A stretch of DNA of 64,000 bases from Eledone cirrhosa (GCA_964016885.1 OZ024743.1:60078001-60142000), one strand, 5' to 3'; positions 29,111-42,671 are shown, numbered from the stretch's first letter. Program-made: numbers and translations. Notes: generated from the letters alone by a model not told the origin.

Positions 29111-30609
29111 CTGATATTATCATGAGAATACTCTAAATGCATTCAGTGTTTTTATAACGAACATGCATCAGTTCCGGCAATGAGTATTACAGTTGTTTCT
29201 TTTTTTATCTTTTTTTTTTGTTTTTCTTTCAAACGTTTGCTCATCTAATTAGCATTCAAGGGGTACATGTAATATTTTCTGTTAGGATCAGTATGCTACA
29301 TTATATAACAAGGTTGATTCTTTGAATTACAGTTATAATTCATTTTCCTAGCCGAGTGGACTGTAGAAATGAAAACTCGAGTGTTATTTTCAATGACAAA
29401 ACGCGTAACCGGGGTCGAACAGACGACACTTCGAGCCTAATCTCAATATACTAACAACTACACCACGCACCTGAGGACTTAATACATTAGTGCTACACCA
29501 GAGACAGGTTACATGGGAGATGAAAATTGAACACTGTACGTTTGTGTGGTTAGTATACGAATGTACGACAACGAAAATAACAGTATAGATTTAAATAGTT
29601 CACTAACGCACCAGAGTGAGGATCTGTATGGTATTCGGCCTGATATAAATATTAGCAACATCTTCATCAAATCATGGGCTATCGACTCAGAGAAAAGGGT
29701 ATATTGGGTAAGGTAGTTGGTGTACACTTATGGAACTCTCTTCATTTATGAGATTAAAACGCACTTGCAAGACCACGAAAACAGAACTTTTTTACCCTTG
29801 TACTCTTTTATCTGTTCCAGCCATCCGGCTGAGGCCATGCTTATATATTACTATAACAAACTAACGTGTTTCTGGTGTCGTTCAATCTTCAAGAAATAAT
29901 AACCAGATATCCATACGACAATACTTTAGCATTTTATAAAGAAGGGCATCCAGGATAATATATTTGATATATACTTATCCTGATAAAAAGTACAGTATGG
30001 TCATGATTGTATTAGCGAGTATAGAGAAACTTGAAACACAATAACAGCACAGAACAGACAACGCTAAACACGTAAAGGATATTTACAATGATCAGAGAAG
30101 CTTAAACGTCATATACTAGCCTACATCTGAGAATAATAATCTTTACAGATAGCCTAATAATCTCTTAAAACGATATGACGTTCACAGTCGTAACAGTTGG
30201 TGTAAATATAACAGCAACAAGATCATCACTAATATGAGTTATTTAAAAACCTTCTTTAAAATACGTTGAACTGTCGACCAGCTGTTTAGTTAGCTGGGTG
30301 TTTATGAAATGAAAGGAACGAAACATACAACACTACATTGATAAAGAGAAGGTCAGAAGGACAAGTAATATACGGTTGGTTAAGTAGACTGAGAATTAAT
30401 GAGTTATAACCAGAGAAAGTCTACAAATATCTAGGAGGAACAGACTATGACGGAATATAAAATTCCAAAAAGCAGGAGAAAAATCAAGCATGATTATTAC
30501 TAACGAACTAAATGAATATATAGAGAATCTGTAACTTTCAATAATAATAATAACAGCAACAACAACAAGAACAATAATAATAATAATAATAATAACTACA
30601 ACAAAAATA

Positions 30610-31370
30610 AATTACGCTGCATTCCAACAGTTGTCCTACCATTACTAAGCTACAATTGGTATGCAATAAACCAGAGGATAAATAAACACTGTAGAAGGCA
30701 AAATAGAAAAACGAATTACTATATTCCGAATGCATCAAAGCACATAGAAAAGTAGATTTTGACAGGTTATATTTACCAAAGGCAGTATGAAGAACTTGCA
30801 TAGTGAGAAGATTGCTATCAAGATAGATACTCTATGTTTGCATAAGTGCATGAAACAAAATTACATTAGAGAAATATATTTCGAAAACGGGAAAACTTAT
30901 AAGAAATTATACTTCATCCTAAATGAAGTTGACAAATATAACAATGTTTGTAGACGAAGAACAAGAAAACTAAAATGAATCCTTTGAAGAAGCCATATGA
31001 TTATGGAAATATAAGATAGAAGAAAAAATAGCTTGAGAGCATTATTATCAACAAATGATATAAAATATATGATCAATAACCTCTCATATTCTAAATATCC
31101 ACGAATAACAAAAGTGACTCCGAAGTTGAGATACAAAGATTTTAGAACGAATACATTTGTTACCTCGTCATGGTCGGGTTGTGTACATCATAAACTCGAA
31201 TAAAAAGAATATATATCAAAGAACAAGACAGGTGCCTGTAGACTATGTAAAATATATGAAAGAATGCAATGAGTAACTAGTTAAACTTCTGAATATGTAC
31301 AAAGAAAATGTTGCCAAAATCCTGATGTTAACACAAAACAAACGACATATGACGATACTCATCAGGCTGT
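30610..31370 (+). pseudogene. Very degenerate RLE-type (R4/Dong-like) LINE remnant
   Basis: VDFDRLYLPK and GACRLCK motifs match the order seen in the 49004-50061 element; follows an (AAT/AAC)n tract. Confidence 0.4.
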
Positions 31371-31554
31371 AAGCTGAATATAAAACATCTCTCTCTATCT
31401 ATCTATCTCTCTCTCCCTATATATATATATATATATATGACGCGTAGTGATTTCAATTACTGATGATTTACTGTGTTGGCCGTATCATTCACTGTTATAG
31501 CCGACACCGACTGGAATTGAATTCTGGCGATCAATTGGTTAGTGATTAGGGGAA

Positions 31555-31665
31555 ACGCGCTGATGAAGCCATATATACTGATTGTGAATCGTTGCATAAT
31601 AAATGCAAGCAGTGGATACTGTGCACTCTATTGCTGCATAATGTGGCCGAAACTCGTGTACGGGT
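31555..31665 (+). ncRNA. Candidate hammerhead with extended stem II
   Basis: acgcg-CTGATGA-a-gcca...(~78 nt)...tggc-c-GAAA-ctcgtg-TA-cgggt; stem I has one mismatch. Confidence 0.45.
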
Positions 31666-32922
31666 ATAGATAGAAGGTACCCACTTACATGTTGTATTGG
31701 AGAGAATAACTCTCTACTCTGGAAATTTACATTACCTATTAAGTTCACTGAGATGCAACCGGTACTAGCAGTTAAACCCATACAAATCCCGTCAACTCGG
31801 TATATATATACATATATATGTATATATATATATATACATAATATATATAAATAATAAATTTGAAGACTAAAATCCAAAGAGGGCTCGATAAGGATAAATA
31901 TATATCAAATATATAAGAACCGTAGTGCAAATATTTATTAAAATAACAGATTAAAGTTTAAGCAAAGAATCGCTGCTTTCACCTTTAACATGATCTTCTG
32001 AAACTAACAAAGTCAATCTGTAAACGCAGAAGTGGATATTTCAAAAAACGTTGCAACCGGAGGAAGACAGGAAAACAAAACTTTGGTTCGTGGAAACGTT
32101 CCCTGGCAAAGAACGGGAAAAAACGAATATAATACGTCATTAATAGGAGCGGTGAAAAACAATTACGCGCAAAGAAGTCGTAGACTAATGTTCTCTTAGG
32201 TGGTTCATAGAGACGTTTTCTGGCAATGAACGGAAAAAAACGAAGATAATACGTCATATGTGGGGCGTGGAGAACAATTGCACGCAAAGACAAACCACGT
32301 AAATGGTATACCTGAAGTCGCTTCAGAGTTAAGAAGTCGCTTCAGAGTTAAGAATAAAGTAAATAACATACAATACAGAGGTAATAGAAGTTAAATAAAT
32401 ACATACACGCATGCAAATACGTACATACACAAGGATACGCGAAAACACTTGCCATGGGTATACAAATCACGCACATATAAATATGTGTGTGTGTGTGTGC
32501 GTGTATACAAATAAATAATAATTAAATAAACGTAAATAAAGAAATAAATACGTACATAACAAGCGCGCACACATCCCTACATGTAAATACACAAATTTTC
32601 GGAGACGTAAGTCAACCAAAACATGAAGTACACATATAAACACACCCTACATACGTACGAACCTGCATACTCAGACAGACGCAAAACTCACCGTATACAC
32701 ATAACCAAACCATATGTGCCAGAATATATAAAACATTATACGCCATAACATATACAATCAAATATACGTACGAGAAAGTATACGTACCTACACAAACATA
32801 CAGGTAATATACTTACCTATGCAAATAAATAATGGTATAAACAAACATATACTTAGCTACCACATCAAGACGTAAAATATCCACGTATAGATCGTACTAT
32901 CCGTTAGGGTATAAAGTGGGCT

Positions 32923-33295
32923 TTAATACAGGAAAATTTGGTGCAATTTATGTTTACAAGCCAAAATTGCCTCAATTTTTTTGTTTAAGATGTGGTCTGT
33001 GGCGTAGAGTATTTCCAGGGCCTCAGCGGTGCAGAGGTCACATGGTCTTTTATTTCCGTTATACGATCTAGCCCTAGCTAGGATCTCCCAGTGTAACTTA
33101 TATTGGGTGTGGTTGTCTTTTAGACTCCAGATATAAGCTGAAAATGGCGGCATATTCCTTCTTAGAGGGTAACGAAAAGAATGGGTATGCATGTAAAGAC
33201 GCTGCTTGAATCTATTGGCGGTTAACCCTATGTAGGCCCTACGGGACGTGGGTGTTTCAACCTTACATTTGTAGACAATGTTACTAGAGAGGCAT
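32923..33295 (-). pseudogene. PLE GIY-YIG endonuclease fragment
   Basis: CLSSNIVYKCKV..RAYIGLTANRFKQR..PCDLC..EALEIL. Confidence 0.9.
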
Positions 33296-33344
33296 GAAAT
33301 ACTATTAACATTTCTTACTCTACGACTCCTAACCTTGCACATAA

Positions 33345-33828
33345 CATCACAGCTTCAAATTTAGCTAAACTACCTAGCCGTAGGAACACGTGCAACCCTG
33401 TAGTTAGTACTAACTGTAATTGTAGGAATCTGGTCGATTGCCCCCTTTTCGGGAAATGCCTCTCTAGTAACATTGTCTACAAATGTAAGGTTGAAACACC
33501 CACGTCCCGTAGGGCCTACATAGGGTTAACTGCCAATAGATTCAAGCAGCGTCTTTACATCCATACCCATTCTTTTCGTTACCCTCTAAGAAGAAATATG
33601 ATGTCACTTTCAGCTTATATCTGGAGTCTAAAAGAAAACCACACCCAATATAAGTTACACTTGGAGATCCTAGCTAGGGCTAGATCGTATAACGGAAATA
33701 AAAGACCATGTGACCTCTGCGCCGCTGAGGCGCTGGAAATACTCTACGCCACAGACCACATATTAAACAAAATATCTGAGGCAATTTCGGCTTGTAAACA
33801 TAAATTGCACAAAACTTTCCTGTATTAG
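33345..33828 (+). pseudogene. PLE linker and GIY-YIG endonuclease fragment (frameshift near 33598)
   Basis: TNCNCRNLVDCPLFGKCLSSNIVYKC..AYIGLT..PCDLC. Confidence 0.9.
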
Positions 33829-34792
33829 AGCCCCACGTTATACCCTAACGGATAGTACGATCTATACGTGGATATTTTACGTCTTGATGTGGTAGCTAAG
33901 TATATGTTTGTTTATACCATTACTTATTTGCATAGGTAAAAATATTACCTGTATGTTTGTGAAGGTACGTATACTTTCTCGTACGTATATTGTTATTGTA
34001 TATGTTATGGCGTATATTTTTTTATATATTCTGGCACATATGGTTTGGTTATGTGTTATACGGTGAGTTTTGCGTCTGTGTCTGTATGCAGGTTCGTACG
34101 TATGTAAGGTGTGTGTATATGTGTACTTCATGTTTTGGTTGACTTACGTCTCCGAAAATTTGTGTATTTACATGTAGGTATGCGTGTGCGCTTGTTACAT
34201 ACGTATTTATTTATTTATTTACGTTTATTTAATTATTTATTTATGTGTATACACGCACACACACACATATTTATATGTGTATGATTTGTATACCTATGGC
34301 AAGTGTTTTCGCGTATGCTTGTGTATGTACGTATTTGCATGCGTGTATGTATTTATTTAACTTATATTACCTCTGTATTGTATGTTATTTACTTTATTCT
34401 TAACTCTGAGGCGGAGATTCATTCGGTTTCCTAGTTAGAATTTTAGTTTACGACTTCAGCTATACCATTTACGTGGTTTTGTCTTTGCGTACAATTGTTC
34501 TCCGTGCCCCACATATGACGTATTATCTTCGTTTTTTCCGTTCATTGCCAGAGAACGTCTCTATGAACCACCTAAGAGAACATTAGTCTACGACTTCTTT
34601 TATACCATAAACGTGGTTCTGTCTTTGCGCGTAATTGTTTTTCACCGCTCCTATTAATGACGTTTTATATTCGTTTTTTCCCGTTCTCTGACAAGGAACG
34701 TATTACCACGAACCCACGTATCGTCTTCCTGTCTTCCTCCGGTTGCAACGTTTTTTAATTATCCACTTCTGCGTTTACAGATTGACTTTGTT

Positions 34793-34844
34793 AGTTTCAG
34801 AAGATCCCGTTAAAGGGTGAAAGCAGCGATTCTTTGCTTAAACT
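34793..34844 (+). ncRNA. Variant hammerhead (core CAGAAGA) at the PLE pseudo-LTR end; mirror copy at 31955-32005
   Basis: agttt-CAGAAGA-t-ccc-gttaaa-ggg-t-GAAA-gca-gcgattctt-tgc-TT-aaact. Same position, just before a terminal aataaa, as the HHR of the first PLE. Confidence 0.6.
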
Positions 34845-37800
34845 TTAATCTGTTATTTTAATAAATATATATATATCTGTATTTGGAATGCACATATTTT
34901 AATTACAAGTTCTTGTATGCAAAAGATATTATCCCAGTTATAGAAACAATGCATCCACATTAAAAAGAGCATCCTCTACAACCAATATTATCCAATAGAA
35001 TATTAATATCAATAAAAAAAACTCTGGTATAATGGCTACACAAGAGATTATTTTATAAATTTAACCAATCTCTACTACTACCAGAATCATTCCCCAAATT
35101 GTACAAAGCTGAAACACAGGTTAATTTTATATCATCCGTATATTATATTTATTCCCGAAAGAAAAGGAGCATTTATTGGATAGTTAGAGTTAAAACAGTA
35201 TAAGTTCCAATATTCTTACTCATAATCAAGAATAAATTTTTGCTATCAACTTGAAATTTAGTGCTTATTGAGTATTTGATTAGTCCACGTTCATTGTCAC
35301 ACGTAATTACTATCATGCCAACAAATATAGGAAAAATAATTAAATAGAAATTAAGAGAGTATTGAAGTTTGCTTGAAGCATTGTGGAATAATAAGGTAAA
35401 TTTCTTTAAGTCGTTTGGAAGCCTCGACAATGCAGATGGGTAAATCTCCGGGTAACAAGATCCGGTGGTGGAGAGAGAGATCTATGTGGGTGTACGTTGA
35501 GATGCGTGGCGTGTATAAGACGTGTAGAGGAATGAAGGAAAGAGCGTAAAGGATAAAAATAAAAAAATAAAAATAACAACACGAGAGAGAGTTACCTTGC
35601 GAGAGATTTAATTGTCCCTATATTTTTCGGATTCACAACCATCAACTGGGGTTTTTTTTCCGGGGGGGGGGGGTTTGTCTGTCGGATGGTGCGAAATATG
35701 ACCTCCACTGTTCGTTGTTTTGAATATCTGGGGTATTCAGCAGAGCGCGCGTGCGCGAGAAATGTGGTCGGTCAGGCAGAGGTCAGCGGCCAAAGTAGTT
35801 CTTTCAATTAGAAATTATGTAAAGCTCTATGGACAACGCTTGTAAATTCTCACACACAAAAGCAGACACGTTCATTATTTTATATGAGTCTAAGACCAGA
35901 TTTCTACACTTTACTGGGGTTTTTTCACATTACAAATGGACATGCTAGTGTGAGACCATAGCGCAGGGAAACGGTGTGTGGTAGGCAGAAGGAAGCAAAA
36001 TGTCAAGTGTTTACAGCAAAGATTCTTCATCACATTGAGCTTTACCTATACACATCTTTTTATATCGAAGATCAATTAACCAATACTGAACTTTAATAAT
36101 GAACTACAAATTCATCATGAATGTAATGCTCTGTTTTATATCTCAAGCTTAACAATGAAATTTTACTCTGAGTTTTCTACTAAAAATCCTACAAATAGGG
36201 TGTGTAAGCAGAATTTTTGAGCCCGGTTTAAATAATAGCAATTTATATATAACACTTTCTTTTTACATTTACAATGTACAGATATTATAGTAGATTACGT
36301 AAATGTGCGCTGGAATAATACTATTCCATTATGGATGCACATTTTACCGTCTACAAAATAGTTTACATTAAAAAAGTTGGAGATAAAATAATCCTTATCT
36401 ATATGTATGATGGATCCCAATGGGTCAGCTAATTGAAAGAGATACATTTTCAAAATGAGAAATACAACTCACAGAAGATACAATAAATAAAACAGTTGAC
36501 GTAAGAGAAACGACAAAATGCAAACAAGCCGAAGAACTTTATAAAGAAATTCATGAAAACCGATGATTGACCTAACACAAGTAAATATACAAAACAATTG
36601 AAAAGAAAGCATAAGTCAAACACTGGAACACTTACAGAGTTATGATCGGGAACAGAAGATAAAAGTGACCAAAGAACAGGGGAATAATCGGCTATATGAA
36701 ACGGTCTTAAGAATAGAAAATTCCAAATATAGAGAGTTTGCGTATTACAATAATATATAGCTTGAAATATGTAAGAAACTAAAATCGATAGTAGATATTC
36801 CTATGGAAAAATTCATTCTCTGACGCCGGCGTAGTAATGATAAAAGAAGAACATCAAAAAAATAATGAAAGACAGCAAACCCAGACTATGTATATTTAAC
36901 CGAAAGAGACGTGAACAACGATATCAAGTAATCTATACTAATCAGAAATGAAAGTGGATACCGTCACATACCTCTACAGAAAAATCTAAACTCAATCAAA
37001 CAATCTGGATACAGAGAATGTAAGAAAACCACAGAATTCCGCATTCAATCTAATGCAATCGCAACTGGAAACATATCAGAAATACAATATAACAGATAAA
37101 ATATCGCCTAAAACAACATATCCTCAATAAATCGCAAATAATCATTCGTTTCGAAAAACGGCAATGATAATTTAAACAAAGCAAAAGCTTAGATTAGATT
37201 TGACCAAGATAAAGCAAAATAGTAATGCAAGTTGTGTAAACAGCAAGAGAAGAAAATAATGTTTTGCGACGTGCAGGAATAACGACCATCTGCTCCGGAT
37301 GAGATTGTACGGTGTGTCATATGGATTATCGTAATGACTGGTGTTGGTTCAATCTCTATTTCAAGTTCAACATAAAAATAGGACCACTCCAAATCTGATA
37401 TTTTAAGTTGCTGATCTCCAGTGTGCTAAAGGGAATGTGGTTTTTTCACAGGCATATTCAATTGGATCTTGAATATTACAACTTCCCCGTGGGAACATCT
37501 AAAAATATCCAAACTGAATTAATATTAAGAATTCCTGGATTTTTCAACAGAGAAAAATACGGATGGATTCAACGAAAAAAATCAAGGGATCTAGAGTTTG
37601 CTAACTAATAACTCTCCAGCCACCAGATATACATTAATCAATCAACATTTATGTTTAGAAAGCAGGCTTCAGAATAGTGTGCAGCAAACACTATGTCAAG
37701 CTCAGAGGAATACAGCACGTGTTATTGACCAACCTTGCAAAATAACCTCAGATTTATGCATATATCAGCGACTAAAAAAAGGTACTATGAGGCTATGAAC

Positions 37801-37964
37801 GTGGTGTATGACACTTCGTAAAAAACACTAGATCCCTTTGAACAATGCAGAAAGACAAGTTCTAATCTGATATGTTATTCACTGAACCCTGAGAGGGGTG
37901 AAATATAAAGTTCAATCGGTGGGATTTGAGCTCATTGAGCCGCATTCCCTGATGAATCTGCCAA

Positions 37965-38007
<43 letters not shown>

Positions 38008-38071
38008 AGTATTTCTGTAGGAAAGGCAAGGGAACAAAGAGTCCTCTATGTAGGCTACATATCTTTTTTAC

Positions 38072-38151
38072 TTATGTAATAAACAACATGAGATAATTAT
38101 TTCATTTACCGAAGTTAAATGAAATAATTATCTTATGTTGTTTATTACATA
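38072..38151. repeat. Near-perfect 80-bp hairpin next to (TA)n/(TG)n
   Basis: ttatgtaataaacaacatgagataattatttcattta..taaatgaaataattatcttatgttgtttattacataa. Confidence 0.85.
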
Positions 38152-38161
38152 ACTATATATT

Positions 38162-38313
<152 letters not shown>

Positions 38314-39167
38314 TGTGTGTGATGTAGGCTGATACGGTGCGTGTGTAAGATAGAATGTTTTATATGAGATTTAGTGAGCTGAAAACTTTCAATTAACTAA
38401 AGTAATAGTTGCAAATTGAGCTGTTTGAAGACAGCCCGTCAGGCAAGATCCAATCTTAACTCCACTGTCCTTGCTTCTAAAAGCTTAATTGGTGTGAGGG
38501 TTATCATTGGTTACCGCTATTTAGATTTTGAGCACTGAGACATTGTGTTCTTGTCAATAAATTGTGAACCTCAGTCATGTGTAATTTTTCAATTCACTAC
38601 ATTTCATGTGTGAGAATCTATCGATTTTTGAGATTTTCCGATTTTCCCCTAAGCTTGCAAATTCATTTTGTGGAAATTGTGCTTTATTTATTGAAAGCAT
38701 CTATTTACTTTGAGAATCACTAAAATTACCGCTAGGTTTATGTTTTCCTTCATCAATTTAAGGGGAGAGTTCAACTGATTTAGTTTTGTTTTCTATTTGT
38801 TTATGTTGAGTAGGTCCTTCAGGACATCACCACTTAATGTTATATATTGTAACATTAAATACGTATGTCTAATCATATTTCTTTGTAAATGTTTCATACT
38901 ATTAAGTTACTTCTCTGTATGTTCTGAATCCATATAGGGCCAAGCAGTGAATCTGCCTTTCATCTCTTTGATGTTCCAAACATAAGTGCCAGAAATGTAA
39001 TATATTACCGTGAAATTAATAATGTAAAGCATGGTCTCAATGATTTGAAATCGTATGAAAAAGGTGAATAATATATATATGTGTGTGTGTGTGTGTATGT
39101 GTGCGCGCGCGCGCGCGTGTGTGTGTGTAGGTGTGTGTGTGTGTGTGTTGTGTCTGTGTGTGTGATG

Positions 39168-39212
<45 letters not shown>

Positions 39213-39217
<5 letters not shown>

Positions 39218-40286
39218 GCATTCTCGCAATATTATACACAACTGAATCATTCGCCTAATATAGGTGTTGCCTCCATTGCTGAACTCCACGTGGTGTCAGT
39301 AATAGCCACACTTATGTATAGCATTTTTGAGCAAAAACCCGTTGATAACACGGCTTCCTTGTTCAATCATCTTACCAGAAGCCCAACATTCTTTATGTAG
39401 GCGGACAGTACCTGAATTTGGAGTCGCAGAAACCAAATACTGGATTTTACCATCAGTCCAGGGTCCGGGTAAATTATCAACACATATTTTTATTGTTTGA
39501 CCCGAATTACTTGGTCGTTTGTGTTGGCTGTGCAGATGATCTGTTTAACCATCATCTAGTGTGTTTGGCCCTTAACGTATGTTGTAGCTTTGATTCACAT
39601 GAATCATTGAGCGCTTGCCACACATATCGGACGTTGATTTTCGTTAATTCCTGAGCTGAAATACGATTCTCGCTAATTTATATTTGTATTAATCTCCAGA
39701 GTCTAGCTATTGAGCAGTTAATTTTATTGATTTTTTTTAGTTGCTTCTATTGACTGTTGAATAGCTCTGTTATATTTAACCATTCTGTCGAGAGCTTTAT
39801 TCGATTTGTGATATTTTGCATTCTCGCAATATTATACACAACTGAATCATTCGCCTAATATAGGTGTTGCCTCCATTGCTGAACTCCACGTGGTGTCAGT
39901 AATAGCCACACTTATGTATAGCATTTTTGAGCAAAAACCCGTTGATAACACGGCTTCCTTGTTCAATCATCTTACCAGAAGCCCAACATTCTTTATGTAG
40001 TCGGACAGTACCTGTTTTTGGAGTCGCAGAAACCAAATACTGGATTTTACCATCAGTCCAGGGTCCGGAAAAGTATCAACACATATATTTTTATTGTTTG
40101 ACCCGAATTACTTGGTCGTTTGTTTTGGCTGTGCAGATGATCTGTTTAACCATCATCTCAGTGTGTTTGGCCCTTAACGTATGTTGTAGCTCTGATTCAC
40201 ATGAATCATTCAGCGCTTGCCACACATATCGGACGTTGATTTTCGTTAATTCCTGAGCTGAAATACGATTCTCGCTAATTTATATT

Positions 40287-40291
<5 letters not shown>
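39213..40291. repeat. Direct tandem duplication with a 600-bp period
   Basis: gcattctcgcaatattatacaca... at ~39218 and ~39818; about 475 bp near-identical; (TA)n on both sides. Confidence 0.9.
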
Positions 40292-40324
<33 letters not shown>

Positions 40325-40327
<3 letters not shown>

Positions 40328-40867
40328 GGAAAAAATGAAACGATATTTCATTTCCCACTCTTAGTACGGCTGTTACTTAAATATAAGTATGTACACGTAC
40401 ATACATATATGCATACCGACGTACAGTAGTATGTATATATATATATACATACATGCACACATATATATATGTACGTATGGATTCACCGAACATTTATTAT
40501 AATGCTCGGTGTGTTTGTAAACAAACATCCCGTATTAAGCCGTAGTGTCTAGCAACCACCGTTGCTCGTTTGTTCAACACTGACAAAGGAACGCTGTACT
40601 AGTTTCAAGCTTGTTAGCTATCGTCAGCAACGTATACCTTCCTGCCAGATTGTTGAACGTATATACTTATCTTATGCATATTAACGGCTGAGTAGCCCAA
40701 TTTGCATATCGAGTGGGTTATCGTTTTCGGTGCACCCGGCCGATTAACCCACTCGATATGCAAATTGGGCTACTCAGCCGTTAATATGCATAAGGTAAGT
40801 ATATACGTTCAACAATCTGGCAGGAAGGTATACGTTGCTGACGATAGCTAACAAGCTTGAAACTAGT
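40325..40867. mobile_element. Diverged family A copy with an inverted terminal segment
   Basis: Unit 40325-40720, then its reverse complement over ~40720-40867. HHRs at 40591-40633 (minus) and 40832-40867 (plus, truncated). Confidence 0.88.
40591..40633 (-). ncRNA. Minimal type I hammerhead, family A variant
   Basis: acgttg-CTGACGA-tagctaacaagctt-GAAA-ctag-TA-cagcgt. Confidence 0.88.
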
Positions 40868-41099
40868 TTTTCCTTTTTCTTCCCTTTTCCCTTCCGTTAC
40901 TATTTTTTCCTCTCTCTTCCTTTTTTTCCCAATAATTTCCATGAGTTATTGACGCCTTGGGGTGGGATATATTGTCTTTAATGCGTTGAAATATCCAGGA
41001 CCTCCAGCAGACAACAATGAAGGAAACTTTTCTCCTGTTCGTGCTTTCCTCTTATTTATAAGTAGACCTTATCCACCAGCAACACAGCCCCTGCTTATT

Positions 41100-41160
<61 letters not shown>

Positions 41161-41730
41161 ACATGTAATATGGAATTAAGTACGTATAGGATGCATACAT
41201 ATATATATATATATATATATATTTGCGTGTGTGTGTGTATGTGTGTGTGTTTAATGGTAGCTATGATGCTTCCATAGGCGGTATGCCAGTTGAGCACTCT
41301 ATGTTCTTACAGAGAAGAGTGTTATATAATATAAAACGAAAACTCAGTGATGCATCTGGACTCAGTTTATTGTGTGTTACAATTGTTTCGCCGGCGGACA
41401 GCTCGAGACACGACCATTGTATGGATCTGTCTGATTCTAGAACTGCAGGATCGTCGGACACTGGCAATAATTTCGTAACACATTTTCTCACTGGGGTGTT
41501 AGCTTCCGAAAACATCTTCCTCGCTTGTCCTGCTGTTGGCTGTTGTTTTTTTACGTCATCATAAATGCTGGCCAATAATTGCTGCCATACTGTCCATCAG
41601 CTACTTTCCTTCCGACACACTTCAATGAATTCATGCTGGGTTTGGTATTTCACAAGTCCACTCACACACATATATACACACATATACACACACATATATA
41701 CATACACATACATACACACGCGCACACATG

Positions 41731-41762
<32 letters not shown>

Positions 41763-41979
41763 CACATATGTATATATACACACCTATATACATATACACT
41801 CACACTCACAGGCGCACACACATATACACACACGCATACAAGGACAAACACATGCGTACGTGTACATCTACTCATATACACAAACACGTACAAACATATA
41901 CATAGACACGCACATGTACATACACACACCTGTCCATATAGAGAGGCACAATGACAGACACGCTCCCAAACACACATAT

Positions 41980-42030
<51 letters not shown>

Positions 42031-42037
<7 letters not shown>

Positions 42038-42475
42038 AAATATTTCGTATCTCCAAGGAAATACGGTTTTAGGAAGCCGTAGCTATGCAAACACCGGGGG
42101 GGCTAACGCCCTCTGGCGATGTCCAGCAGAAGCAAGGGGGAGAACCGTCTATGCATTTCAGGCTTAACTGCCCTTCGTCAGGACTGTCTCTCCCAGCGCT
42201 TACGACTGCTGGACGAGAATATAGCCGAGAAAATATACTTTTCTCGTCTGTGTAAATGAGGTGATTAATCTCACTTCTTTATGAAGCAGTCGTAGGCGGT
42301 GGGAGGGACCGTCCTGACGAAGGCCAGGTAAGCCTGAAATGTATAGACGGTCGTCCCCCTTGCTTCTGCTGGACATCACCAGAGGGCGTTAGCCCCCTCC
42401 CCCGCCCCCCGGTGATTGCATAGCTACAGCTTCCTAAAACCGTATTTCTTTGAAGATACGAAATAGTTATACATA
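42031..42475. mobile_element. GC-rich foldback element with an HHR in both arms (family E)
   Basis: Arms 42031-42210 and 42285-42475; located between (TA)n tracts. Confidence 0.88.
42307..42352 (+). ncRNA. Minimal type I hammerhead, family E; mirror copy at 42144-42188
   Basis: gaccgtc-CTGACGA-aggc-caggtaa-gcct-GAAA-tgta-TA-gacggtc; the mirror copy has palindromic ATGCAT at stem/loop III. Confidence 0.9.
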
Positions 42476-42510
42476 TTGTATAAAGCTATGCTTGAAGCGA
42501 AATCCTATTT

Positions 42511-42573
<63 letters not shown>

Positions 42574-42634
42574 GTGTATATGTACACACACATAAACGTA
42601 CCCACAAACAGTCCCTTACTCTATGTTAGGTGCA

Positions 42635-42671
<37 letters not shown>

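Larger units (their letters stand above)
31931..34868. mobile_element. Foldback PLE: two inverted ~1.4-kb arms, each with GIY-YIG C-terminus and 3' pseudo-LTR
   Basis: Arms 31931-33295 and 33456-34868 are reverse complements with scattered differences; 160-bp spacer. Confidence 0.92.

Noticed and set aside
36430-37830. A-rich stretch as a decayed LINE
   Set aside because: Strand bias is suggestive, but no diagnostic motif could be read.
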